A stretch of 38,435 bases of DNA, taken from the NCBI RefSeq assembly GCF_001194135.2, contig NC_068982.1, positions 40,440,456-40,478,890 of the forward strand, read 5' to 3'. The position numbers and the translations under genes are program-made. Within the stretch, counting starts at the first letter, position 1; each line of letters opens with the position of its first letter. This stretch comes from Octopus bimaculoides (Eukaryota). Below the pieces are notes generated by a model, which was not told the DNA's origin, searched no databases, and saw only the letters and a program-made list of their open reading frames with translations. Positions 24,003 to 35,666 of this stretch are shown piece by piece.

Positions 24003-25240
24003 CCAGGGCCAAGTTAAGACCCACAGGGGCCCTAAGTACTTAAAAGATTTTGATGCCCCCATACGAGGTTTGATACCCAAAAGAAACCAAAATTTTGCAA
24101 TATTATTTTATACACTTAGTTTTACATGTTTACACTTTTACCACCTTCAAAGCATTCTCCATTTGAAGCAATGCATCAGTCCAGCCACGTTTTCTACTAC
24201 TCGAAGCAGTGCTGGAATCCTTGCAAAGTGATGCCCTTGAACGCCTCCTTCATTTTTTTTTCTTCGCCTCTTCCACATCTGCAAATTCCGTAGCACCAGC
24301 CTTGGTTACCAGTGATGACCTTCGAACAAAGGTCCGAATCAACTTCCAACTGTTCTTTCAGTCCACGACACTCATTCAGTCGAGGCCCAAATTTTGCAGC
24401 AACTCTTTTCATTTGCAATACCTCACTCAAAATCCGTTGGCAGGAGCTCCAGGACACGCCAATCAGACCAGCAAGTTCGTCAATTGTTCGGTGACGGTCC
24501 TCCAAGATCAATTCATGAATTTTCATGATGTTTTCATTCGTTTGGGAGTCGACGGTGGTCATGAACAAGGTTGATCTTCAAGTGATAAGTGACCATTTCT
24601 AAAGCGTGGAAGCCACTCGTAAACTTGTGTTTTGTTCATGGCAGCGTCCTTGTAAGCTGCTTGAAGCATGACAACTGTTCCGGTAACCATTTTGCCCAGC
24701 AGAAACAGAATTTCACGGAAGCACGCTGTTCCATCGTTTCAGCTATCGCAAAATCGACGAACTGGGGAGAAGTACTGCAAAATAAAGACGCACAACGTGG
24801 CAGTACGACATAACTGGACGATGTCGGTCGGCAGACTGATGCCTGAAGGTTGCATCAAGTAACGTTTCTAGTTACTTTTTGGTATCCTCTCGTATATTAG
24901 CAATTCAAAATATAAACAATGATAAACCATAATATAAATCTTAATTTTTCAAAATTACACAAAACTAACTGTAAGATGGAAAAGAATGCTTATTTTTGTA
25001 TACTTCCACTCTATTCACATTTGAAATAATAACAAAGTTTTTGATCAGATCCTCAAAGTTAATATTAATGTTACGTAACACATCTGCTTCTGTACTTAGA
25101 AAAGATAAGGGATTCCGAATAATATTTTAGTAAATTTAAAGGGTTTTCCTTTTGTGCCGTAAACCATTTAATATTTTTGTGGTGTCCCTTTCCCTTAATG
25201 CCAAAGCTCTTGCTTATCGTCACTATAAAAAGTCAGGCGA
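24003..25240 (+). mobile_element. hAT-like MITE host interrupted by a mariner
   Basis: Begins CAGGGCC...GGGGCCCTAAG. The sequence appears to resume after the mariner at 24893. The right boundary is approximate. Confidence 0.35.
24064..24892 (-). mobile_element. Internally deleted mariner element
   Basis: TA-flanked imperfect TIRs CGAGGTTTGATACCCAAAAGAAAC / GTTACTTTTTGGTATCCTCTCG. The minus-strand remnant reads MEQRASVKFCF...AYKDAAMNKTQVYEWLPRFRNG...LEDQP...ILEDRHRTIDELAGLIGVSWSSCQRILSEVLQMKRVAAKF, with frameshifts. Confidence 0.9.
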
Positions 25241-25378
25241 GTATCTCCGCTTGATCATTTTAATATGAGCTGTATTCTATTCGCTTCGACGTCTAGACAA
25301 TATTCACACCCGTGTGATAACTATTTTATCTCTCTCTCCGCTCCCTTTCTTGATGCATACATACATACAAACATACAT

Positions 25379-25436
<58 letters not shown>

Positions 25437-26244
25437 NNNNNNNNNNNNNNNNNNNNNNNNNNNNNNNNNNNNNNNNNNNNNNNNNNNNNNNNNNNNNNNN
25501 NNNNNNNNNNNNNNNNNNNNNNNNNNNNNNNNNNNNNNNNNNNNNNNNNNNNNNNNNNNNNNNNNNNNNNNNNNNNNNNNNNNNNNNNNNNNNNNNNNNN
25601 NNNNNNNNNNNNNNNNNNNNNNNNNNNNNNNNNNNNNNNNNNNNNNNNNNNNNNNNNNNNNNNNNNNNNNNNNNNNNNNNNNNNNNNNNNNNNNNNNNNN
25701 NNNNNNNNNNNNNNNNNNNNNNNNNNNNNNNNNNNNNNNNNNNNNNNNNNNNNNNNNNNNNNNNNNNNNNNNNNNNNNNNNNNNNNNNNNNNNNNNNNNN
25801 NNNNNNNNNNNNNNNNNNNNNNNNNNNNNNNNNNNNNNNNNNNNNNNNNNNNNNNNNNNNNNNNNNNNNNNNNNNNNNNNNNNNNNNNNNNNNNNNNNNN
25901 NNNNNNNNNNNNNNNNNNNNNNNNNNNNNNNNNNNNNNNNNNNNNNNNNNNNNNNNNNNNNNNNNNNNNNNNNNNNNNNNNNNNNNNNNNNNNNNNNNNN
26001 NNNNNNNNNNNNNNNNNNNNNNNNNNNNNNNNNNNNNNNNNNNNNNNNNNNNNNNNNNNNNNNNNNNNNNNNNNNNNNNNNNNNNNNNNNNNNNNNNNNN
26101 NNNNNNNNNNNNNNNNNNNNNNNNNNNNNNNNNNNNNNNNNNNNNNNNNNNNNNNNNNNNNNNNNNNNNNNNNNNNNNNNNNNNNNNNNNNNNNNNNNNN
26201 NNNNNNNNNNNNNNNNNNNNNNNNNNNNNNNNATATATACCAAT

Positions 26245-26403
26245 GACGGGCTTCTTTCAGTTTCCGTCTACTAAATACACTCGCAAGGCTTTGGTCGACC
26301 CGAGGCTATAGTAGAAGACATTAGGCCAAGGTGCCACGCAGTGGGACTGAACCCGAAACTATGTGGTTGGGAAGCAAGCTCTTACTACACAGCCACTCCT
26401 GTG
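26245..26403 (-). mobile_element. SINE family A head
   Basis: gacgggcttctttcagtttccgtctac...gtgccacgcagtgggactgaacc...cacagccactcctg. Confidence 0.85.
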
Positions 26404-26405
26404 CC

Positions 26406-27020
26406 TGTTGTTCGGTGACGGTCCTCCAAGATCAGTTCATGAATTCTCATGATGTTTTCATTCGTTTGGGATGTCGACGGTCGTCATGAACGAGGTTGGT
26501 CTTCAAGCAGCAGGTAACCATTCCTGAAGCGTGGAAACCACTCGTAAACTTGTGTTTTGCTCATGGCAGCATCCTTGTAAGCTATTTGAAGCCTAACAAC
26601 TGTTTTGGCAGTCGTTTTTCCCAGCAGAAAATAGAATTTCATGGAAGCATGCTGTGCCTTCGTTTCAGGCATCGCAAAAATCAACGACAAGGGGAGAAGT
26701 ACTGCAAAACAAAGATGCACCACGTGGCAGTACGACGTAACAGGACGATGTCGGTCGGCAGACTGATGCCTGAGAGTCGCATGAAGTGGCTTCTAGCGGC
26801 GGAAACCCGAACTACTAAGGGTTTGTCCCACAGAGAACGTTTCTTCTCGGATATATGTAATTCAAAATATAAACAATGATAGACCAAAACTAACGGTAAG
26901 ATGGACAAAAAATGCTTATTTTTGTATACTTGCACTTAAATTTACATCCCGAATACTTCCACTTTTTACCCATCCCTAATAATATTTTAGCAAGTTTAAA
27001 GGGTTTTCCCTTTGTGCTGT
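26406..27020 (-). mobile_element. Second copy of the mariner 5' half plus its flanking host sequence
   Basis: Aligns with 24483-25160 through the mariner and on into aattcaaaatataaacaatgat...aaagggttttcc. Confidence 0.85.
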
Positions 27021-27032
27021 ATGTATATATAT

Positions 27033-27526
27033 ATAAAGTAGTTGTATTCTGTCAACTTAACGTGACAGTCCCAATAAAGGAATCATGCTACTGCTATTTA
27101 GCCCTAGGAAGCTGAACTGTTTCCTGTCGGCCTTGACACATTTCCTGTGTCCTTATGTTTACGAGTGGGAGACAAGCACCTCCACCCAGCCTAGCCTGCA
27201 TTCAGGGAAATGTTTCTGAGTTTTTGCTCGTCATCAGCCTGAAGTAGCATGACTAGCTGGCTGAAGATGCCTGTCAAGCTCTCGTAAACATATATATTTC
27301 TAGTGAAACACATTCACTGATTACAAAAATTAGAAATGATTTATTTCTAAATCTCACAGATAGACTTAAGCAGCAGTGTTACAATAAAGTAGTTGTATAT
27401 TGTCAATAGCATTAGTATGATTCCTTTATTGGGACTGTCACGTTAAGTTGACAGTATACAACTACTTTATCGTAACACTGCTGCTTAAGTCTCTCTGTGA
27501 GATTTAGAAATAGATCATTTCTAATT
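27033..27526 (-). mobile_element. Retrozyme-like element: 351-bp unit with terminal redundancy and an inverted end
   Basis: 27033-27055 repeats at 27384-27406. 27407-27526 is an inverted copy spanning the unit junction. A type I HHR lies inside. Flanked by (TA)n and (GATA)n. Confidence 0.7.
27201..27243 (-). ncRNA. Minimal type I hammerhead ribozyme
   Basis: Minus strand: TTCAGG-CTGATGA-CGAG-caaaaa-CTCA-GAAA-CATT-TC/CCTGAA. Perfect 6-bp stem I, intact core boxes, stem II GAG/CTC with a C-A mismatch at its base, near-palindromic minimal stem III, UUC cleavage triplet. Confidence 0.75.
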
Positions 27527-27582
27527 ATATATATAGAGAGAGATAGATAGATAGATAGATAGATAGTGTATTATATATCCAT

Positions 27583-27985
27583 CAGGGACATGCCGCCTAC
27601 GTAGGCAAGGTAGGCAGTGCCTACCTTAAATAAGATAGATCGATAGCAAAATTTTCCTTTTATGGTAAAATACGTACGTAATACAATAAAATTATGAAGG
27701 TTACTCTGATTACTATGCATACAATGCAAAATATTTTATTTTTTGAAAATTAGGTGGGCATAATTCACCCCTGCTTTTCAATCTCAGTATTTAAGCTACC
27801 CATGGTACTACTCTTATTACACGTGCTGCGTACACTCCGACAGCACCGTTTCTTTTACATGCTATAAAGGCAGAAGTAAATCTGCCTTTAACTCAGTCGC
27901 GCCTCTGCGTCTCACTTATTTTTTGTGTTTTACTACATAAAAGTCACCAACTGCCTACCCTGAGTAATTACTGACAGCGCGTAAC
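27583..27985. mobile_element. Probable hAT-like MITE
   Basis: CAGGGAC...GTAGGCAAGGTAGGCAGTG at the left end and CAACTGCCTACCCTG near the right end (subterminal inverted motif). TSD not resolved. Confidence 0.4.
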
Positions 27986-27987
27986 TT

Positions 27988-27989
27988 AT

Positions 27990-28031
<42 letters not shown>

Positions 28032-28135
28032 ATACACACCCACATGTATATATGTATACCCATTACCCATATTCTTTCTTTGCTTTTCATCTCCTGTCTG
28101 CTTTTCTTTCTCACTCTCTCTCGTTCTCTCTTTCT

Positions 28136-28184
<49 letters not shown>

Positions 28185-28280
28185 CGACAGTTAACACTAA
28201 ACACATATGCATACATACATGCATACATACATACAAACATACATGCATACATACATACATACATATATATATATCTGTCT
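27988..28280. repeat. (CA)n, (CT)n and (CATA)n microsatellites
   Basis: Directly visible. Confidence 0.9.
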
Positions 28281-29700
28281 GTATTTCTGTCAGTTCCCAA
28301 CCCATTCTGAAACGGCTCAACCGAATCAAAAAATCAAATCAAATTTTACATGGTAATAGTATCAGACGCCATAAATGTCAACATGTAATTTTTTCCTCAT
28401 TTGGATTAAAACAATACAATATTGCCACTGGTTCGGTATTGCATGTCAAAAGTGAAAGAATAAATCTATATTGTAATGTGATATAATATTGTTTTTCACT
28501 TTTAATTCTGTTATGAGACTGATGTTGTTCACTTTTAATTCTAATTATATCCTAATGTGAACAACATTACGCAGCATCGGCAATTTTCTGTCTTTACGGC
28601 CACGACAGCAAAATGGCGTGTCAGTGTATGTGTTGACTGACATAATGAACAGCTGGAGGTGAAACTCTTGACAAAATGCAGTGAGGTGGCAGGTCCAAGG
28701 TATATAAATTACACATTTACCGTTCAATTACCAGTTAATAATTATCGCAGCAATTGCAAATTTACCGTTGAATTAGCAGTTCATACATGTTTTTCTATTT
28801 GGTTAATTTGCTTATATTTGATTAATTTATACTGCATACAAAAGTAAAGACATACTACATATATACAACTCCTTACAATAATAGAGATTACTGTATAATT
28901 TCTTCTATGTTCGTAATTTTTGTTTTGAAATATTGAAAAAAATACGCCACCAAAGAAAAGACGTAGTCTCTCCAGAAACAAGTATAAAGCGAGGAGGATT
29001 GAAGAAAACCGAAGGCGAGACTCTCAAGAGAGAAAAGAGATGAGACTTTCTCAAGATCAACAAAGGCATCTTGCAGTACGTCAAATGGAATCTCAGTGCA
29101 GAAGGGAGATGTGACTTTCCCAGGATCAGCAAACGCGAGATTTTTCCCAAGATCAGCAAACGCACGCTGCAGCATTTGATGCCGAATCATTAAAACAACG
29201 GTCCAATAGAATAGCTCTCAGAAACTACGTACAGATTCTTTCTTCACAACACCTGGAGCTGCTTCAGATATGATCCATCCCATTCATATAAAAATGATAA
29301 TTTTGTCCAACTTGGTGTGCTAAACTGAAATTGTCATTTACTGCAAAACTTTAAAATTCCGAAATGAAACTAATGGCATGCACTGCTCAGGCAGTAAGGT
29401 AAGATTGCCAGCACTACCAGCTCCTCCTCAACTTCTGATAGATTTTTTGGAAAGTACTTTCATCAAGTCAAATGATTTTCTGAACAATATCAGACAATAC
29501 AACTCTGCATTTCAAATGACATCGTTTGGTGCATCTAAGGAGATAGTTGAACATGGATTTACACTGACGTTCAAAGTTCAAGTGCAAGTCTATCACCTCA
29601 TTGGTTCCCTGTTACCTACAAATCAACAACTACAGTTCCTCCAAATTTACTTTATGAATGATATAGGACAACAAAACCGAAGGAGGTGTCAAAACTTCAG
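28270..29700 (+). mobile_element. Truncated Helitron (5' non-coding part plus start of RepHel)
   Basis: 5' tctgtctg...aaacggctcaaccgaat motif typical of non-autonomous Helitron ends, followed by the RepHel remnant. The 3' CTAG end was not identified. Confidence 0.75.
28944..29695 (+). pseudogene. Helitron RepHel N-terminal region pseudogene
   Basis: (ACG)PPKKRRSLSRN..ARR...LSQDQQ repeats with a stop, then frameshifted RYDP...KFRNETNGMHCSGSKVRLPAL..PP and FLNNIRQYNSAFQMTSFGA...FKVQVQVYHLIGSLLP...FLQIYF, which are hallmark Helitron motifs. Confidence 0.9.
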
Positions 29701-30120
29701 ACGATGGGTCATGTTAGACGCAGCGCCGACTGCCGCAAAGGGGAGTATATCCACTGACAACTTTTCGGTGCGTTAAAAAATCACATATCACCCCACCCCC
29801 AATTTTCCATGATTGCTTGCCTAGTTAGCGGGGTGGCGTCTTTTAAAGGATAAAACAATGCAACAGTGCATTGTGACCAGCGACGTGTAGCAACATTTGA
29901 TAGCCTAGTCGGTCACGTGATCACTATGATACATATTACTATTCAAACTGTGATCAATATACACTATCATAAAAGTAATTTTACTATTCCACAGAAACAG
30001 ATTAGTTCTGACTTTTCGAATATATGCGAGCTCATCTCTTATGCTTACTGTTAACAATTGTCCTCTTTTATGAGTTTTGTTTACCTGGGTTTCTTTTTTT
30101 GTTTGCTTTTTTCTTTGTTT

Positions 30121-30153
<33 letters not shown>

Positions 30154-30980
30154 NNNNNNNNNNNNNNNNNNNNNNNNNNNNNNNNNNNNNNNNNNNNNNN
30201 NNNNNNNNNNNNNNNNNNNNNNNNNNNNNNNNNNNNNNNNNNNNNNNNNNNNNNNNNNNNNNNNNNNNNNNNNNNNNNNNNNNNNNNNNNNNNNNNNNNN
30301 NNNNNNNNNNNNNNNNNNNNNNNNNNNNNNNNNNNNNNNNNNNNNNNNNNNNNNNNNNNNNNNNNNNNNNNNNNNNNNNNNNNNNNNNNNNNNNNNNNNN
30401 NNNNNNNNNNNNNNNNNNNNNNNNNNNNNNNNNNNNNNNNNNNNNNNNNNNNNNNNNNNNNNNNNNNNNNNNNNNNNNNNNNNNNNNNNNNNNNNNNNNN
30501 NNNNNNNNNNNNNNNNNNNNNNNNNNNNNNNNNNNNNNNNNNNNNNNNNNNNNNNNNNNNNNNNNNNNNNNNNNNNNNNNNNNNNNNNNNNNNNNNNNNN
30601 NNNNNNNNNNNNNNNNNNNNNNNNNNNNNNNNNNNNNNNNNNNNNNNNNNNNNNNNNNNNNNNNNNNNNNNNNNNNNNNNNNNNNNNNNNNNNNNNNNNN
30701 NNNNNNNNNNNNNNNNNNNNNNNNNNNNNNNNNNNNNNNNNNNNNNNNNNNNNNNNNNNNNNNNNNNNNNNNNNNNNNNNNNNNNNNNNNNNNNNNNNNN
30801 NNNNNNNNNNNNNNNNNNNNNNNNNNNNNNNNNNNNNNNNNNNNNNNNNNNNNNNNNNNNNNNNNNNNNNNNNNNNNNNNNNNNNNNNNNNNNNNNNNNN
30901 NNNNNNNNNNNNNNNNNNNNNNNNNNNNNNNNNNNNNNNNNNNNNNNNNNNNNNNNNNNNNNNNNNNNNNNNNNNNNNNN

Positions 30981-31012
<32 letters not shown>

Positions 31013-31299
31013 TAGTTTTTTAAGCTCAAGATATGCATTCATTCATTTCTCATTCTTTGAAATTTCCTGTATCACTAATACGATTTAAACGTATTGTTGT
31101 CATTGCAGTTTAAATTCAGTCTGAATGTTTATCTTCGGAGGCCTTTCACAATGAAAGCAAATCACTTAAGAACTAAACAAAACCTCCCTATACAAAGATA
31201 TCTTCTGTTAGTTCTCTTGCTAATTTTGATAATTTTGTAAATCTGCTCATTCCAAATCCAAATGCGATAAACATGTCATTCAAGAAGAAAGTGCATAGA

Positions 31300-31408
31300 T
31301 ATGCACACACACACACATATACACACACATGTTCATACACACCTGCGCGCGCATACACACACACGCACGCACATGCACTCACATACACACAGACATATAT
31401 ATATATAT

Positions 31409-31462
<54 letters not shown>

Positions 31463-31550
31463 TTATGCACAGGAACATATATATCCATAAACCCGCATAT
31501 ATATTCTTCATATAATAAACATGTATACAAGTGCACAGTATATGTATGTA

Positions 31551-31588
<38 letters not shown>

Positions 31589-31698
31589 ACATAAACAATA
31601 TACACCATATGTATATGCATCCACACATAGAACAGACATACCATACATACAGACAGACAGACAGACAGACAGGCAGACAGACAGACAGACAGACAGGC

Positions 31699-31731
<33 letters not shown>

Positions 31732-31745
31732 GGCAGACAAACAAT
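31300..31745. repeat. Compound CA/TA/(GACA)n microsatellite block
   Basis: Directly visible. Confidence 0.9.
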
Positions 31746-32680
31746 ACTTCTCTCTCTCTGTCTGCTTATATTTGTGTGGGTCTGTCGATTTCTGCGAAGT
31801 GGACAGCCGCCTAAGATTTTACGTTGAATCATTTTCATGATCATTTTTGTGTCTGCCACAAAACCATCTAAGCATACGTACCCTATTTAATCTTATTATT
31901 TTACCCGATACAAAGGAGAAAAAATTTCGATCCAAGGACTGAGCATCTACGTGGTTGTTCACCCGAATACACAAACAGCTAAATACCTATCAAATCGTAT
32001 CATTTAGAGACACCACATTGATTGCATGAGTGTTCCTTTAACCATTTAGGGAGTAAGAATCTGTGGAGCAAACTCTTCTATAGATGCATTGAAAACTCTA
32101 GTTTGCCTTCTTTTTCTTCTTTTTTTTTTTGCACTTTGTGTCACTTGTTCTACAGAAGCAAGTGGCTCAAAGTTTCTGGTATATCATTCTACGAACAATT
32201 ATGTGTCATATGTAATTCTGCTTAGCATTTAATTTATTCTTCACAACAGCTAACGTCTACCTTGACATAGCATCAACAGAACCCCCACAGAAATATGTGT
32301 GCGTTCATCTCACATTTTTCGGTGATTTAGTTTTTTGCGCACATTTAACTTAACAGCATAAATTAACTTGCAGAAAGGAAAGCATTTAGATTATCCACTG
32401 ACATGCTCAGAGCTGATCCGGGGTTCAGCAAAAACAAACAGCAAGATCTAAAATTTTAACACTGTATATCGAGATCTTAGGTTCCGAGAAAGCTGTGGGT
32501 TTTTTTTTTAATGCCAGTTACAAGGCGATGTCACGTTAACATTGATCACTGTAAAGCCAAAACTAAAATCATGTCTGTATTATCAGTAAAACATTATGTA
32601 ACAAAACAAAATTATAGAAACCAATTTGAAATTTTGAAATATTGAAATATTTTCATTCCATATATATCTGCATCTGACCT

Positions 32681-32805
32681 TTGTTGTTGTTGTTGTTGCT
32701 GCTGCTGCTACTGCTGCTGCTACTGCTGCTGCTGTTGTTTTTGTCGCAGCTGCTGCTGTTGTTGCTCTTGTTCATGTTGCTGTGCTTGTGATGGTTGGTA
32801 CTGTT
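32681..32805 (-). repeat. CAG/CAA trinucleotide tract
   Basis: (GTT)n(GCT)n on the plus strand. Confidence 0.9.
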
Positions 32806-33635
32806 GCATTCCAGATCAATCTTGATCAAAACAAAATTGTGATCAAAGTCGTTTCTGTTGCGACCATTCGTTTTATTTATAGTTCTATATTTACTTATTT
32901 TCTTCGATTTTAAGGAAAAACATTGCACAATTATTCTAGACCAACTTCAGGTCAGATGTAGCTGCTAATTCTAGCGAATCGAACGACTGCATAGAAGCTC
33001 GTTTGGCTTTTTGCCGTTTCTGTCTACTTCACTCAACTTACTCTTAACACAGAATGATTCGTCTTGATGAATTCAAAATTTCATCCAATCATATTTTTCG
33101 CCATGTTGAAATAACCCGATCATTTCATAAGTTCTAGTCTTGATTCTTTTATTTACTTATTATTGTAGGTTGTCGACTGCATATTTCGATGTATGTTCTT
33201 AGATGTTATTGTTTTCAAATGTTAAAATCGTTATGTAGCTTTGTCGCAATAGCTGTTGTTGTTGGTATATACTTGTTTCACTGAGATTATTGTTTAGTAA
33301 ACTTAAGCAGGTATAAAGTATCAATCAAAGCCGCTGAGGACTTCAGAAAAAGATGATAACAAAAATTATTTGAAAAGCATCAAGCAGAAGACAGACGTCT
33401 GGGAATGAATCTATGAATAAATAAAAACACTTCAGAAATACGGACCTTTGTCATCTTGTTAAGACCTATTATATCATATATATTCACCGATAAAAGATTA
33501 TGAAACACCATTATAGTATATGCAGCCTTTTGATATGCTCGACATAACGATTAAGAATTCATAAATAATGATTAAAAATTGACAGGAATGTAATTTTAAT
33601 AGTTTTTAATGTATGTTTGTATGTATGTATCTCTG

Positions 33636-33696
<61 letters not shown>

Positions 33697-33761
33697 NNNN
33701 NNNNNNNNNNNNNNNNNNNNNNNNNNNNNNNNNNNNNNNNNNNNNNNNNNNNNNNNNNNNN

Positions 33762-33804
<43 letters not shown>

Positions 33805-34316
33805 TGAAGGCAAGTACACATGTCCATGAATGCGTCAGTATTACATCTGTAGCTACATATAGCTACACAGGAGTATACACGCATGATTTTCATAAATGCA
33901 CACATTCTTGCACTCAGAAGAAATATTGATACAGAAATATTAATGTGTTTGCTGTATGTGAGTTTGTGCGTGTGCATAGGTGCAGTGAGTGTGTGTACGT
34001 ATGTCTGCCTATGCATGTAGAAATAAACTATAACATGAAATTAATACCATGGCTTTGAGCTGGTATTCCACTGGTTATAAATCTGGGTGGGTTTAGAGAA
34101 GGTCGGTGATCATAAAGGAAGTTTAGAAACATGAAATCAAGATAGAAATATTACGTATTTCTCTCTAAGGAAGTACTGACTACTTTAATGTTTCCAGGCG
34201 TAAAGTCATTCACACTTACTGCATGTGTATTTACATGGCGGTGCTGAATGTGTATATACATGGCCGAAACGAGTAAAAAAAAAGAGTATATATGTATATA
34301 TATATAATATATAAAC

Positions 34317-34372
<56 letters not shown>

Positions 34373-34769
34373 GCAAACATATATACACTTGCATCCAAAT
34401 GGAAACGCATACATATATATGTTCTTGTGTGTGTATACGTGCGCGTGCATGTATGTGTGTGTGAGTGTGTATGTGTATGTGTGTGTGTATATGTATGTGT
34501 GTATGCGCGCGCGCGCGCGTGAATGCTTTCAGACACAACATCAATATTATCTTCTAATACGACTGCAATCGAGTCGATACGTTTGATTTTCGAGAGAGAA
34601 CAAAGCTATTAAATAACAACACTTTGATAACGCGAGAATGATCAGGACGTTGACTGTTAGAAAATTCGTATTTTAAGTGCAACTACATTCTATTACAACA
34701 CCTACTATCTTTCAATTCAGTTACTATAAATATATATATATATATAAAGATGATTCGAATTTTTAAAAA

Positions 34770-34910
34770 AATCTGCTTCGCGACCAGATGCTTTTGAGTA
34801 CAGTTCCATCGGGCGACGCATTTTGAAATTGTCAACTAGTACAGACGTGGGGCCAAGTAAGGACTTCTGAGTGAATTTGCTAGGCGGTAATCGTGCAGAA
34901 GCCCGTTATC
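34770..34910 (+). mobile_element. Degenerate SINE-like fragment
   Basis: gtacagttcca...ggggccaag...gtgagtgaatttg...cagaagcccgt resembles family A. Confidence 0.45.
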
Positions 34911-35062
34911 TCTGGGTATGTATATGTATACACACACACACACACACATAATTAAATATATATAAAATTTATGTATGTTATATAAAGAACTCACTCTTGA
35001 GCTGCTTCTATTGTATAATTCGAAGTATATAGATATATACATACATACAGATAGATAGATAT

Positions 35063-35600
35063 AAAAATAAGTGTGCATTTAAACACAAAAGAGGTGACCC
35101 TAACAGGACTCCTAACATGCTAGAAGGAGCAGTTAAAATCCAAACCACGGTTAGGGGTAATTTCGAAGGAAATGAAAAATAAAAACTTTTACCATATTTT
35201 GTTACCGGACCATGGTTTCGAACTTTAATTAGCAAATGAAATAATTTGCAGGGCGAAGTTCTTATCAGCGGGTACGCCAAAGATTAACATGTAATTATAA
35301 GGCAAAATAGCACACGTCTCATCTTTATATATTATAATTTTTCAAATCCACCGCACAAGCGCAGTTTTTGTCGGCAGCAAATAAAAATGTCGACTTACTT
35401 CAAAATTACTAAAATCAAATTCCGAAAAATATACAGGGTAGGAAAATTATAGAAATGTTTCTACCAGTGGCCTAGCATGCAGAAAATAGTCAATAGACTA
35501 TATATTATTCATATAAAATTAGTGTACATTTAAACACAAATGAGTTGACCCTAACAGGACACCTAACATGATAGATGGAGCAGTCAAAATCCAAACCCCG
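35063..35600 (-). mobile_element. Retrozyme-like element: 451-bp unit with about 87-bp terminal redundancy
   Basis: 35063-35149 and 35514-35600 are direct repeats at offset 451. A type I HHR lies inside. (GATA)n on both sides. Confidence 0.7.
35203..35274 (-). ncRNA. Type I hammerhead ribozyme with one core substitution (G8A)
   Basis: Minus strand: TACCCG-CTGATAA-GAACTT-cgccct-GCAAAT-tatttc-ATTTGC-taatta-AAGTTC-GAAA-CCATGG-TC/CGGTA. Perfect 6-bp stem II plus a 6-bp distal hairpin, palindromic stem III (ACCATGGT), GUC triplet, short bulged stem I. Confidence 0.7.
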
Positions 35601-35604
35601 ATTT

Positions 35605-35610
35605 CCTAAT

Positions 35611-35666
<56 letters not shown>
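35605..35666. repeat. (GATA)n microsatellite
   Basis: Directly visible. Confidence 0.95.

Noticed and set aside
27255-27320. Plus-strand CTGAAGA in the 351-bp element (possible opposite-polarity, viroid-like hammerhead)
   Set aside because: No correctly placed GAAA or NUH with a stem I partner.
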